Translations under genes and position numbers: made by a program
Notes under the pieces: model-generated
The model's input: only the letters and a program-made list of their open reading frames with translations
What the model was told of the DNA's origin: nothing
Databases searched by the model: none
DNA from: a virus
Strand: one strand, 5' to 3'
DNA length: 64,000 nucleotides
Virus record (IMG/VR): IMGVR_UViG_3300025410_000016
Location: 18,210-82,209 of that record
Part shown: positions 55,954-64,000 of the stretch, piece after piece
Position numbering within the stretch: position 1 is the first letter of the stretch
Layout: each line of letters starts with the position of its first letter

Positions 55954-56553
55954 TTGACACTCGTACATGATGGGCGAGGTGACTTCCTCCGCACCCCAGA
56001 AGCAATTGCCAGAGACCAGCGTGCCGCTGACATGCGGTCGATGGGCTACACGTTCCAACAGATTGGTGACCAACTTGGCGTCACTCGCCAAGCCGCTCAC
56101 CAGATGGTGCAACGTGCGATCCGAGATGTCCCGGTTGAGGGTGTCTTGGAAATGCGTGAGGTCGAGAAGGTCAAACTCGACCGCCTCGAACGCTTCTACC
56201 ACACCGTCTTGGCTCGCAAGCATGTCAAGGTCGCCCCAAGTGGCAAGATCGTCTATGGCGAAGACGGAGAAGCACTCGAAGATGAGCAACCTCGACTTGA
56301 GGCTGCTGCTGGACTGCTGAAGGTACACACCCAAAGGGCCAAGTTGCTGGGGCTGAACGCTCCTACCGTCAATGAGGTCATCGTTTACGACATTGAGCGT
56401 GACACTCGGGTTATGCTCGACGCGCAGATTGCTGCGCTGCACGCAATCGGACTCGGAGATAAGGCTGATGAGTTCAGACGAGCGTTTGTCGCCGCTCTTG
56501 ACAGCGGTGCGGTCAGCGCTATTGACGCCGAGTCGAGAGTCGCGCCTGTCTGA
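55954..56553 (+). CDS. putative terminase small subunit (HTH)
   Basis: GYTFQQIGDQLGVTRQAAHQMV HTH; RAKLLGL; directly before TerL. Confidence 0.7.
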   Translation: MTLVHDGRGDFLRTPEAIARDQRAADMRSMGYTFQQIGDQLGVTRQAAHQMVQRAIRDVPVEGVLEMREVEKVKLDRLERFYHTVLARKHVKVAPSGKIVYGEDGEALEDEQPRLEAAAGLLKVHTQRAKLLGLNAPTVNEVIVYDIERDTRVMLDAQIAALHAIGLGDKADEFRRAFVAALDSGAVSAIDAESRVAPV

Positions 56554-58312
56554 CTTCAAGACGCCTGGCGAACTTGCCAAGGCGCTCAACCCCACAACTG
56601 TCCAAACCCCTGCACTGCAGGTGATCGACAATGCGTTCATAGAGATTGACCGGGCCGTGCAATGTATGTTGGCACGGCGCAAAACCTTCTCTCGCTTCCG
56701 TGCTCAAGGGATGAGTGAAGAGGACGCACTGCTCGCTGCTGAAGTGGAGATTCCCACTGAAGGCATCAATCGCCTGATGATCTCCATGCCTCCTCAGGAG
56801 GGAAAATCTGAGCGCTCCACGCACTACGGGGTGCTGTGGCTGCTGCGTCGTCATCCAGTTCTCCGCATTGCGATTGTGTCTTACGAACACAACGTCGCTC
56901 GTCGTATGTCGTATCTGATCAGAAACGACATCCAAACCTTCGACGGCACTGATGGCAACATCGACCTTGGACTACGGCTAAGGCGAGATAGCCGCTCAGT
57001 TTCTTCATGGGGGCTGTTAGGTGAAGAGGGGACCGTCTACGCAGTAGGGATTGGCGGGGCACTGACCTCCCGACCAGTCGACTTGCTGTTGATCGATGAC
57101 CCGGTGAAAGACTACCGCGCCGCTGATTCGGAGTTGCAGAGTCAAACCGCCTGGGACTGGTATCAAGCCGTCGCCCGTCCTCGCTTGGCTCCTGGCGCAC
57201 CTGCGTGCCTGATCCTGACCCGGTGGCACGAGAAGGACATGGCCGGCCGGCTCCAAGCCAAGCAGAAAGAAGATGAGGCGTCCGAAGTCGAGCACTACGA
57301 CAAGTGGCACATCATCAACATCCCTGCACAGGCTGACCACCACCCCGAGAATGGTGAAGTGGACGTGCTCGGTCGTGAACCTGGCGAGTTTATGGTCTCT
57401 GCTCGTGGTCGTACTCGTGCTCAGTGGGAAGCCACCAAGGTCGCCACCTCACCTCGGATCTGGTCTGGGCTGTACCAAGGGCGTCCTACCCCAGAGAAGG
57501 GCGACGTGTTCCATCGCGACTGGTGGATGCGCTATTCCACACCTCTTTGGACGACCGAAGCAGACGGCACCTACCACGTCCACGACGCTAGTGAGATTGT
57601 TCAGTCATGGGACATGACCTTCAAGGACAAGAAGTCCTCGGACTTCGTCGTAGGCCAAGTCTGGGTTCGTCGTGGCGCGTACGCGTACTTGGTGGATCAG
57701 GTGAGGGGTAGGTGGTCCTTTACCCAAACGGTCGAGGCGTTCCGTCGATTGACGGCGAAGTGGCCGCAAGCCCTAGCAAAGTTCGTGGAAGACACTGCTA
57801 ACGGACCTGCGGTCATCAGTTCGCTGCGCTCTGAGATTGGCGGCATCATCCCCATTACGGTCAAGGGTTCGAAGTTGGCCCGAGCCTCTGCAGTGTCGCC
57901 AGTGGTGCAGAGTAACAACGTGTTTTTGCCTGATACTTTTATTGCACTGTTCAATGTTGAGGAGTTGGTCGATGAAGCAACACAGTTCCCCAACTCTGCC
58001 AACGATGACCAAGTGGACGCTTTGACTCAAGCACTCGACCGGATGTACCTGAAGGGCTCTGGTGGCAAGGACTGGCTTGAGTCCTTGGCTCCTCCGTGTG
58101 CGGAGTGTGGACAGCCCAATGCTAAAGAGGCTTTGCTCTGTACCAAGTGCGGCGCAGAACTCCCTGTCGTTACCCAAACGGTTGCTGAGGCGTCTGCCTC
58201 TGTTGCCCCGGCTCCTGTGGCGCTCGACTTCAACCAAGCCGCTCTTGAAGCGATCAAACAGTTCGGTCCCAATCAACAAGGTTGGCAACCATTCCAGCGA
58301 AGTGGTTGGTGA
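56468..58312 (+). CDS. terL: terminase large subunit (start approximate)
   Basis: MPPQEGKS, LLIDDPVKD, LTRWH, SWDMTFK, VEDTANG, NDDQVDALTQA; C-terminal Zn ribbon. Confidence 0.93.
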   Translation: MSSDERLSPLLTAVRSALLTPSRESRLSDFKTPGELAKALNPTTVQTPALQVIDNAFIEIDRAVQCMLARRKTFSRFRAQGMSEEDALLAAEVEIPTEGINRLMISMPPQEGKSERSTHYGVLWLLRRHPVLRIAIVSYEHNVARRMSYLIRNDIQTFDGTDGNIDLGLRLRRDSRSVSSWGLLGEEGTVYAVGIGGALTSRPVDLLLIDDPVKDYRAADSELQSQTAWDWYQAVARPRLAPGAPACLILTRWHEKDMAGRLQAKQKEDEASEVEHYDKWHIINIPAQADHHPENGEVDVLGREPGEFMVSARGRTRAQWEATKVATSPRIWSGLYQGRPTPEKGDVFHRDWWMRYSTPLWTTEADGTYHVHDASEIVQSWDMTFKDKKSSDFVVGQVWVRRGAYAYLVDQVRGRWSFTQTVEAFRRLTAKWPQALAKFVEDTANGPAVISSLRSEIGGIIPITVKGSKLARASAVSPVVQSNNVFLPDTFIALFNVEELVDEATQFPNSANDDQVDALTQALDRMYLKGSGGKDWLESLAPPCAECGQPNAKEALLCTKCGAELPVVTQTVAEASASVAPAPVALDFNQAALEAIKQFGPNQQGWQPFQRSGW

Positions 58313-58369
58313 CACACCTCTACGCAATGCACTACTGTAATGAGTGTCCGGCCAAGACAAGGAGATCAA

Positions 58370-58783
58370 ATGGCTGAGCGTGGTACTGCAATCATCGAGA
58401 CGAGAGACAACGTGTACTCGATTCCGAGCATCGACCGGATCAGTCATGACCAGCACACCGGCACCGTGACCCTGTACCGAGGTGACGTGAGCATGTGGAC
58501 CGTGTGCGGCGTGGTGACCAGGGCGATTGCGGCATGGATTGAATTGCCCGAAGATGAGGGGTACGTCTTTGACCCCACCGAGGCGTTCTCTATGGGGGAC
58601 TTTGTTGACTGCTCTGGCACCTACAATCCCAATGGCTGCGCTGATGAGTCCGAAGACACCTGCGCCACTGGTCAGGACGGTCCCGAGGTGGCTGACGAGC
58701 CAAAAAGCCTCCTCGATCGCTTACTGGAGATCATTTGCCCGAATGAGGCGCTGTGTAACTCAGTAAGGTTCGTTTGGGCGTAG
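58370..58783 (+). CDS. hypothetical protein
   Basis: AAGGAG RBS, acidic 137 aa. Confidence 0.55.
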   Translation: MAERGTAIIETRDNVYSIPSIDRISHDQHTGTVTLYRGDVSMWTVCGVVTRAIAAWIELPEDEGYVFDPTEAFSMGDFVDCSGTYNPNGCADESEDTCATGQDGPEVADEPKSLLDRLLEIICPNEALCNSVRFVWA

Positions 58784-58830
58784 GGGTCCATGTCTACAAA
58801 CGTCAACTGACGAGTTTGTAGTCTTAGACA

Positions 58831-58901
58831 AGCGGGATGGGCCAAAGGTACGCCGCCGGCTTCATGAGCCGGAGATCCGAGTTCGATTCTTGGTCCCGCT
58901 A
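58831..58901 (+). tRNA. tRNA with CAT anticodon (Met or Ile2)
   Basis: acceptor AGCGGGA/TCCCGCT, anticodon arm CCGGC-TTCATGA-GCCGG, T arm CCGAG-TTCGATT-CTTGG; CCA not encoded. Confidence 0.85.
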
Positions 58902-58977
58902 CTAGCGATGGTGGAAATAACGACACCTCGTTTTCTTTGTTGCTTCTTCGCCACTCGATCCATGAAGGGATCTACAC

Positions 58978-61716
58978 ATGGCACTTCCGCCGTCAGTAAA
59001 ACAACACCGCAGAAACGAAATCGTCTCCAAGATGAATGGGTTCACCCCCGGTGGCGCTACTTACCCCGTCTTGACCCGCAACACGCCCAACCCCTCAAGC
59101 CCGTTCACTCAGACTGGTGGCTACGGAGGGCAGTACCAGCCTCTTGACCGTAGCGATGGCACGTTCAACTCCCTGTTCGGCCCAGGCTATCCCCTCACCC
59201 CTGACCCGCTCGATGTCCTGACTCCCGAGGGACGTTCACTCCCTCGCCGCACGCAATACCTCGTTGCGGCCAACTTGCAGTTGGTGGACCGTCGTGTCCC
59301 GTGGTCAGTGCTAAAGGGGATCGCTGACGACGTGGACGTGGTGACCCGCTGCATCCAGATCGTCCAAGACGCTCTCGTTGGGTTGGACTGGCAGTGGACC
59401 TTCAGTCAGAACATCCTGCAACAGATCATGCAGGAGTCTGGCGAGACCAACACCGCCAAGGCCATCGCCATTGCCCGAGACAAGTATGGAGACGAACTCC
59501 AACGCGTCCAAGAGTTCTTCGCCTACCCCGACCGGCGTATGGGGTTCACCTTCTCCCAATGGCTCTCCGACATCATTTGGTCGCACCTGACCTATGACGG
59601 GATCGTGATCTACCCGCAGTACAACTTGGGCGGGGAACTGCAGTCGCTCTCGACCATCGACACTGCGACGATCAAGATCCTGCTCGACAACCAAGGTTTC
59701 ATCCCTCGCCCACCTGCCCCTGCATACCAGCAAATCCTGTATGGGTTCCCAAGAGGCGAGTACACCGCTGAAGAGTTGGACGGCGATGGCAAAGTGCCCA
59801 AGGGGTTCATGAAGGACCAACTGGCCTACTACATCCGTCGCCCGCGTCCGAACTCCGTCTACGGCTACAGCCAAGTCGAAGAGTGCGTGAACATCGCCAC
59901 GCTCTACATGCAGCGCCAAGCGTGGTTGCACTCTGAGTACACCCACGGCGTCACGCCTCGCATGTTCATGACCGTCGAAGGTGCCGAGACGTGGACCCCT
60001 GAGCAGTTGGCGTTCTACGAGCAGATCATGAACGACCGCCTCTCTGGTCAAACCCAACGCCGGCAGAATATGTTCATGCTGCGCCCAGGCATGAAGCCTG
60101 AGCAGATGAAGCAGGTCGATGAGATCTACAAGCCGCTCTACGATGAGTGGCTGATCATGCAGATGGGCTCGAAGTTCGGCGTGCCCTTCCAGCAACTTGG
60201 CGTCATGGGCAAGTCCTCGCTCGGCAATCCGGCGAAGCAGGCTGAAGAGGGCGACATCGCCAACATCTTCACCCACGAGGCGCTGAAGAACTTCATGATC
60301 GACTGCATCAACGACATGGCCCGTCGCTTCTTGGGCGTTGGACCTGAGTTGACGATCAAGGTTGCCTCTGGCAGCGACGACAGCGACAGCCTGATCCGCG
60401 CCCAGGCCGATGCGAGCGACGTGGGCGCTGGGATTCGTACCCGTAATGAGGTGCGAGCCGACCGTGCGCTCCCACTCATCAACGAGGCCGAAGCCGACCA
60501 GTTGGCAATCACCACCGGACAAGGCGTGTCGTTCTTGTCTGGGCAGTTGGAAGCGCAGCAGAAGCAGCAGGAGCAAGCAATGGCCGCTCCTACTCCACCT
60601 CAACCCGGTCAAGACGGAGGACCAAGTGACGGTAGTGACCCTGAAGGGGGACGCCAGTCCACTGATCAAGCAGTTGGGGGACCTGCAGCGGAATCTGCGA
60701 ACAATGCAGGCCCGCCTCAATCACCCGAGTCAAACGTCGAGCCAAAAGACGACCCCCGACAGCCTGATACCGCGGGAGATAGCAAAGACGACAGTCCGGC
60801 AGCAAAAGAACTCGCACAATTCATGCGCTTCGCCAAGGCTCGTACTGCTAAGGGGAAGTGGCGAGACTTCACCTTCAAGCACCAAGGCCCCGCTGACGCT
60901 CGTCGACTGAACGACGCTGCCAGTACTGGCATCCCCGCGGTGTTGAAGGCCGCGGTCGACACCGTTGGGGCGACTTCTGCAGTGGCCGCTGGGATTGCGG
61001 TGCGTGCTGAAGATACCGGGCGAGTCCTCATGCTGCAGCGCGCACTCGATGAAGGTGACGCCGCTGCTGGACGTTGGGAGTTCCCCGGTGGGTGTCTTGA
61101 GTCCGGCGAGAGCACTGCCCAGGCCGCTGTACGTGAGTGGCAGGAAGAGACTGGCATTGGTCTCCCTGATGGCGAACTGGTCGGCTCATGGACGAGCCCA
61201 GACGGCAAGTACGTTGGCTACGTCTGGGAAGTCTCAAGTGAGGCAGACGTGAAGATCAACCTCGACGCCGACAGCCGGCCCATTGGCAACCCTGATGACC
61301 CTGACGGCGACGACATCGAGACCCTTGCATGGTGGGATGTCTCTGCACTGCCCGGCAACATGGCAATTAGAGACGAAGTCCAGTCAACTCCTTGGCATGT
61401 CCTCGGAGTCAACCAAGCCAAGGCGCTGCGTGAGTACAACCTGCACTTGGTTGCAAAAGAGCAAGGCGACCCGAGTGCACTGATCGACTGGTACAACTCT
61501 GGTGCTGATGGGCAGATCCAGTGGGGCGAGGAAGGCGACTTCGACGCCTGCGTTGCACTTGCTGGGAAGTACATCGATGACCCGCAGGGCTTTTGCAACT
61601 TGCGTCACCAAGACGCTACCGGGGGACCTCCCGGCAGTGAAGGGAAGAAGGGCTACATGGCTCCCGTCTTGGATGAAGCGACCATGTCATTCCTCGGTCG
61701 AGACGCCTGGCGGTAG
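58978..61716 (+). CDS. portal protein fused to NUDIX hydrolase and a small Cys/His domain
   Basis: follows TerL; YGYSQVE and TRNEVRA..LP portal motifs; WEFPGG....GE....AAVREWQEETG NUDIX box. Confidence 0.88.
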   Translation: MALPPSVKQHRRNEIVSKMNGFTPGGATYPVLTRNTPNPSSPFTQTGGYGGQYQPLDRSDGTFNSLFGPGYPLTPDPLDVLTPEGRSLPRRTQYLVAANLQLVDRRVPWSVLKGIADDVDVVTRCIQIVQDALVGLDWQWTFSQNILQQIMQESGETNTAKAIAIARDKYGDELQRVQEFFAYPDRRMGFTFSQWLSDIIWSHLTYDGIVIYPQYNLGGELQSLSTIDTATIKILLDNQGFIPRPPAPAYQQILYGFPRGEYTAEELDGDGKVPKGFMKDQLAYYIRRPRPNSVYGYSQVEECVNIATLYMQRQAWLHSEYTHGVTPRMFMTVEGAETWTPEQLAFYEQIMNDRLSGQTQRRQNMFMLRPGMKPEQMKQVDEIYKPLYDEWLIMQMGSKFGVPFQQLGVMGKSSLGNPAKQAEEGDIANIFTHEALKNFMIDCINDMARRFLGVGPELTIKVASGSDDSDSLIRAQADASDVGAGIRTRNEVRADRALPLINEAEADQLAITTGQGVSFLSGQLEAQQKQQEQAMAAPTPPQPGQDGGPSDGSDPEGGRQSTDQAVGGPAAESANNAGPPQSPESNVEPKDDPRQPDTAGDSKDDSPAAKELAQFMRFAKARTAKGKWRDFTFKHQGPADARRLNDAASTGIPAVLKAAVDTVGATSAVAAGIAVRAEDTGRVLMLQRALDEGDAAAGRWEFPGGCLESGESTAQAAVREWQEETGIGLPDGELVGSWTSPDGKYVGYVWEVSSEADVKINLDADSRPIGNPDDPDGDDIETLAWWDVSALPGNMAIRDEVQSTPWHVLGVNQAKALREYNLHLVAKEQGDPSALIDWYNSGADGQIQWGEEGDFDACVALAGKYIDDPQGFCNLRHQDATGGPPGSEGKKGYMAPVLDEATMSFLGRDAWR

Positions 61717-61718
61717 CG

Positions 61719-64000
61719 ATGGCGTTCAACTCTGACGAAGGCCGCTACGAGCACGGTCGCTTTACCTCTGGTGGTTCTGGTGGGGGTTCGATTCCCTCCC
61801 ACGCCGAGTTGTCTGGGATGAAGACCATCACCGGTCCACTCGGCAGTCAAGGTGGGACGTGGAAGCAGGCCAACGATGGTACGAAGTACTTGGTCAAGCC
61901 TCTGATCGACAAACAGCATGGCATGAATGAGATCGCCGCTGGTGCGGTGTACCACGAGGCCGGGATCAAGTTCCCCAACACTGGTGTCGTTGAAGGCGAG
62001 AACGGCCAGCACTACTTGGTGAGTCAGAAGATCGAAGGGCTGAGTCAGAAGAGCGCAGGTCAGTGGAAGTCCGACCCCAAACTCCAAGCCGATGGGGCGA
62101 AGGGCTTTGGGGTGGACGCACTACTGAGCCATTGGGACGTGCACGGCCTTGAGGCCGACAATACCTTGGTCGACAAAGGTGGGCATGCTGTTCGCATTGA
62201 GTCCGGTGGCGCAATGGCCTATCGCGCTACTGGTGGTGAGAAGCCATCGTTCGGCGCTGGGAAGGCATGGGTAGAACCCGAGACGATGCGGACAAGTGAC
62301 CAAGGTCGTGCGCTGTACGGCAAGATGACCAACGCACAAGCCGCTGATTCCCTAGAAGCCGCCGGCAAGATCAACCTCGACAACGTGCAGGCTCGTTGGG
62401 ACAAGATGGGCGTGCCGCGGTCGATGTCAGATCCTTGGATGGCAACGCTGAAGGATCGTCAGCAGCAGATCCCTGACCTCGTGTCGTCTCTGCGTGCTGC
62501 AAAGAAGGCTGTCGTGTTCAAGACCTTCGGCTTCGGCGCTCCAATTGTGTGGCGAGACTTCGGCAAGGCGTACAGCGAAGATGAGCCACGAGACGAGGCC
62601 GGCCACTGGACCTCCTCTGGTGGGGGTAGTGCTGGTCAGTGGATGAGTGAGCACGTCGCAACGACCGTCACGCAGAACCCGGTCACCGGCAGCATCGCCT
62701 CAAGTGGGCTGACGAACGACCAGCACACCGCACTTGAGCAGTACCTCGGTCCTGAGTACGCAGCGATCAACTCTGACCTGCGTGGTGGGAAGGTCTCTGC
62801 TGCGAATCCAGAGGATTGGACCGCTCACCAAGTCCAGAGCATCATCGACAAGAGTACGACCGACCGCAGCGCCACGGTGTATCGAGGCATCGACACCAAG
62901 GCCGTAGTTGACCGGCTGAAGTCCATGCCCGTTGGTGGGACCTTCAGTGACAAAGGGTTCGTCTCCACCTCGCTCCACGCCGACTCCGCTCGTCAGTTCG
63001 CCAACGGCGACCGCAACCCGCTCCTGCAGATCAACGTCCCGTCTGGTTCGCACGCCATTGGGATTGCTGGCAAAGAGAGCGAACTGCTCTTGGGTGCAGG
63101 CTCGACGTTCCGTAAGGACGGAGAGGCCACGGTCAACGGACAGACCGTGCTGAAGTTCACCTACTTGGGCGCTGACCCCGCTGGCACCGGGACGCTCCGC
63201 AAGAGCCTGATCCTGCGCCTCCCCTACCCGCCTCGGTTCATCTGGGGCGACGACACCCTCACCTACGAAGACGACTTGATGTTCTCCACGCTGAAGAGCG
63301 TGGACCCACTTGGCGCGTTCGTCGAGTCTTTGGCGAAGGAGTACAACCCCGACGAGCCTCGCAATGACAAGGGCGAGTGGACCTCTGGGGGCAACACCCC
63401 GAGCAGCGGCAAGCCTGGCGGCGGGGTGCCGAAGATGGGCGACGTGACTCCTGAATTGCTGGCCTCTCGTCTCTCGGACAAGGCCATCATGGGTGCGAGC
63501 CACAAGAAGGGCGACCGCGTCTTTGAGGTCACCTACAAAGACGGCACCAAGATCCGCATGGTCGCTGAGTCCTTCCACCACGCCAATGCCATGGGCCGGC
63601 AGTTGGGGAAGCAGTTCATGGGCGGGGCGAAGGTTGCGTCGTGTGCGTGGTGCGACCCTGCTAACGGCAAGCCACTCCCGAACGGTCTGTCACAGCAGGA
63701 GAAGTTGCAGGCCGCTGGTCTGCAGATTGGCGGGACCGCTTCTTTCAGTGAGTTCAATGCTTACCAGGAGGGTGCGACGAAGCCCGAGGGCGCATCGACT
63801 GAGCCCACTGGTGGGAAGCCCGAGGGCGCATCGACTGAGCCAATCGGTGGGAAGCCCGAGGGCGCGCAAGAACCGAACCCGGTCGACAAGACGCTCATGG
63901 AGCACATGTCGAATAAGGCACTGGTCGCCGCTCAAGCACCCGGCAGTGGACAGAAGGTCTTCACTGGGAAGATCGAAGGCTTCGACTACCCGATCCGCAT
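61719..64000 (+). CDS. head-associated multi-effector polyprotein (kinase-like + VIP2-type ADP-ribosyltransferase + unknown), 3'-truncated by window edge
   Basis: frame from ATG 61719 open to window end (absent from ORF track, translated by hand); YLVK/NE/DALLSHWD...DN kinase-like motifs; YRG/STS/ESE ART motifs. Confidence 0.82.
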   Translation, partial: MAFNSDEGRYEHGRFTSGGSGGGSIPSHAELSGMKTITGPLGSQGGTWKQANDGTKYLVKPLIDKQHGMNEIAAGAVYHEAGIKFPNTGVVEGENGQHYLVSQKIEGLSQKSAGQWKSDPKLQADGAKGFGVDALLSHWDVHGLEADNTLVDKGGHAVRIESGGAMAYRATGGEKPSFGAGKAWVEPETMRTSDQGRALYGKMTNAQAADSLEAAGKINLDNVQARWDKMGVPRSMSDPWMATLKDRQQQIPDLVSSLRAAKKAVVFKTFGFGAPIVWRDFGKAYSEDEPRDEAGHWTSSGGGSAGQWMSEHVATTVTQNPVTGSIASSGLTNDQHTALEQYLGPEYAAINSDLRGGKVSAANPEDWTAHQVQSIIDKSTTDRSATVYRGIDTKAVVDRLKSMPVGGTFSDKGFVSTSLHADSARQFANGDRNPLLQINVPSGSHAIGIAGKESELLLGAGSTFRKDGEATVNGQTVLKFTYLGADPAGTGTLRKSLILRLPYPPRFIWGDDTLTYEDDLMFSTLKSVDPLGAFVESLAKEYNPDEPRNDKGEWTSGGNTPSSGKPGGGVPKMGDVTPELLASRLSDKAIMGASHKKGDRVFEVTYKDGTKIRMVAESFHHANAMGRQLGKQFMGGAKVASCAWCDPANGKPLPNGLSQQEKLQAAGLQIGGTASFSEFNAYQEGATKPEGASTEPTGGKPEGASTEPIGGKPEGAQEPNPVDKTLMEHMSNKALVAAQAPGSGQKVFTGKIEGFDYPIR
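63780..63865 (+). repeat. 36-bp tandem repeat (~2.4 copies; KPEGASTEPxGG)
   Basis: AAGCCCGAGGGCGCATCGACTGAGCC...GGTGGG repeated in frame. Confidence 0.85.

Noticed and set aside
63780-63865. 36-bp tandem repeat as a regulatory array
   Set aside because: In-frame low-complexity linker of the polyprotein.
1-64000. Integrase, att site, reverse transcriptase/DGR or alternative genetic code
   Set aside because: No such motifs seen; conserved genes read through normally in code 11.

Overview
A 64-kb segment of a tailed (siphovirus-like) dsDNA phage. The host is probably actinobacterial, judged from Lsr2- and Rpf-like genes, leaderless sigmaA-type promoters and high GC. Gene order: (1) minus-strand accessory genes including ArdC (0-5.8 kb); (2) a plus-strand late block with GH25 endolysin, GT2 glycosyltransferase, a 2,527-aa fibre/appendage, neck genes, tail tube, frameshifted tail chaperones, tape measure, minor tail proteins, a phosphoesterase, a papain-like peptidase and a holin-like protein, closed by a bidirectional terminator (5.9-30 kb); (3) a minus-strand accessory arm with Rpf, HAD, dNMP kinase, GroES, HNH, peptide deformylase, HslV-like, methylase, beta-clamp-like and ART-like genes (30-43 kb); (4) plus-strand Lsr2, recombination and replication genes with an iteron origin, ClpP, a 7-deazaguanine DNA-modification cluster, terminase, a tRNA(CAU), a portal-NUDIX fusion and a multi-effector ORF that runs off the window. 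No capsid, prohead protease, integrase or DNA polymerase gene is visible. Main leads: (a) an Ala-Ser-Val tripeptide strongly over-represented in predicted outer virion proteins next to a phage glycosyltransferase, a candidate sequon-directed virion O-glycosylation system; (b) a head-associated polyprotein in which each enzyme module (kinase, ADP-ribosyltransferase, unknown) is preceded by the same tag; (c) a QueC-less, DpdL-type deazaguanine pathway with a PRTase-FolE fusion. All calls come from reading motifs by eye; no database searches were run.
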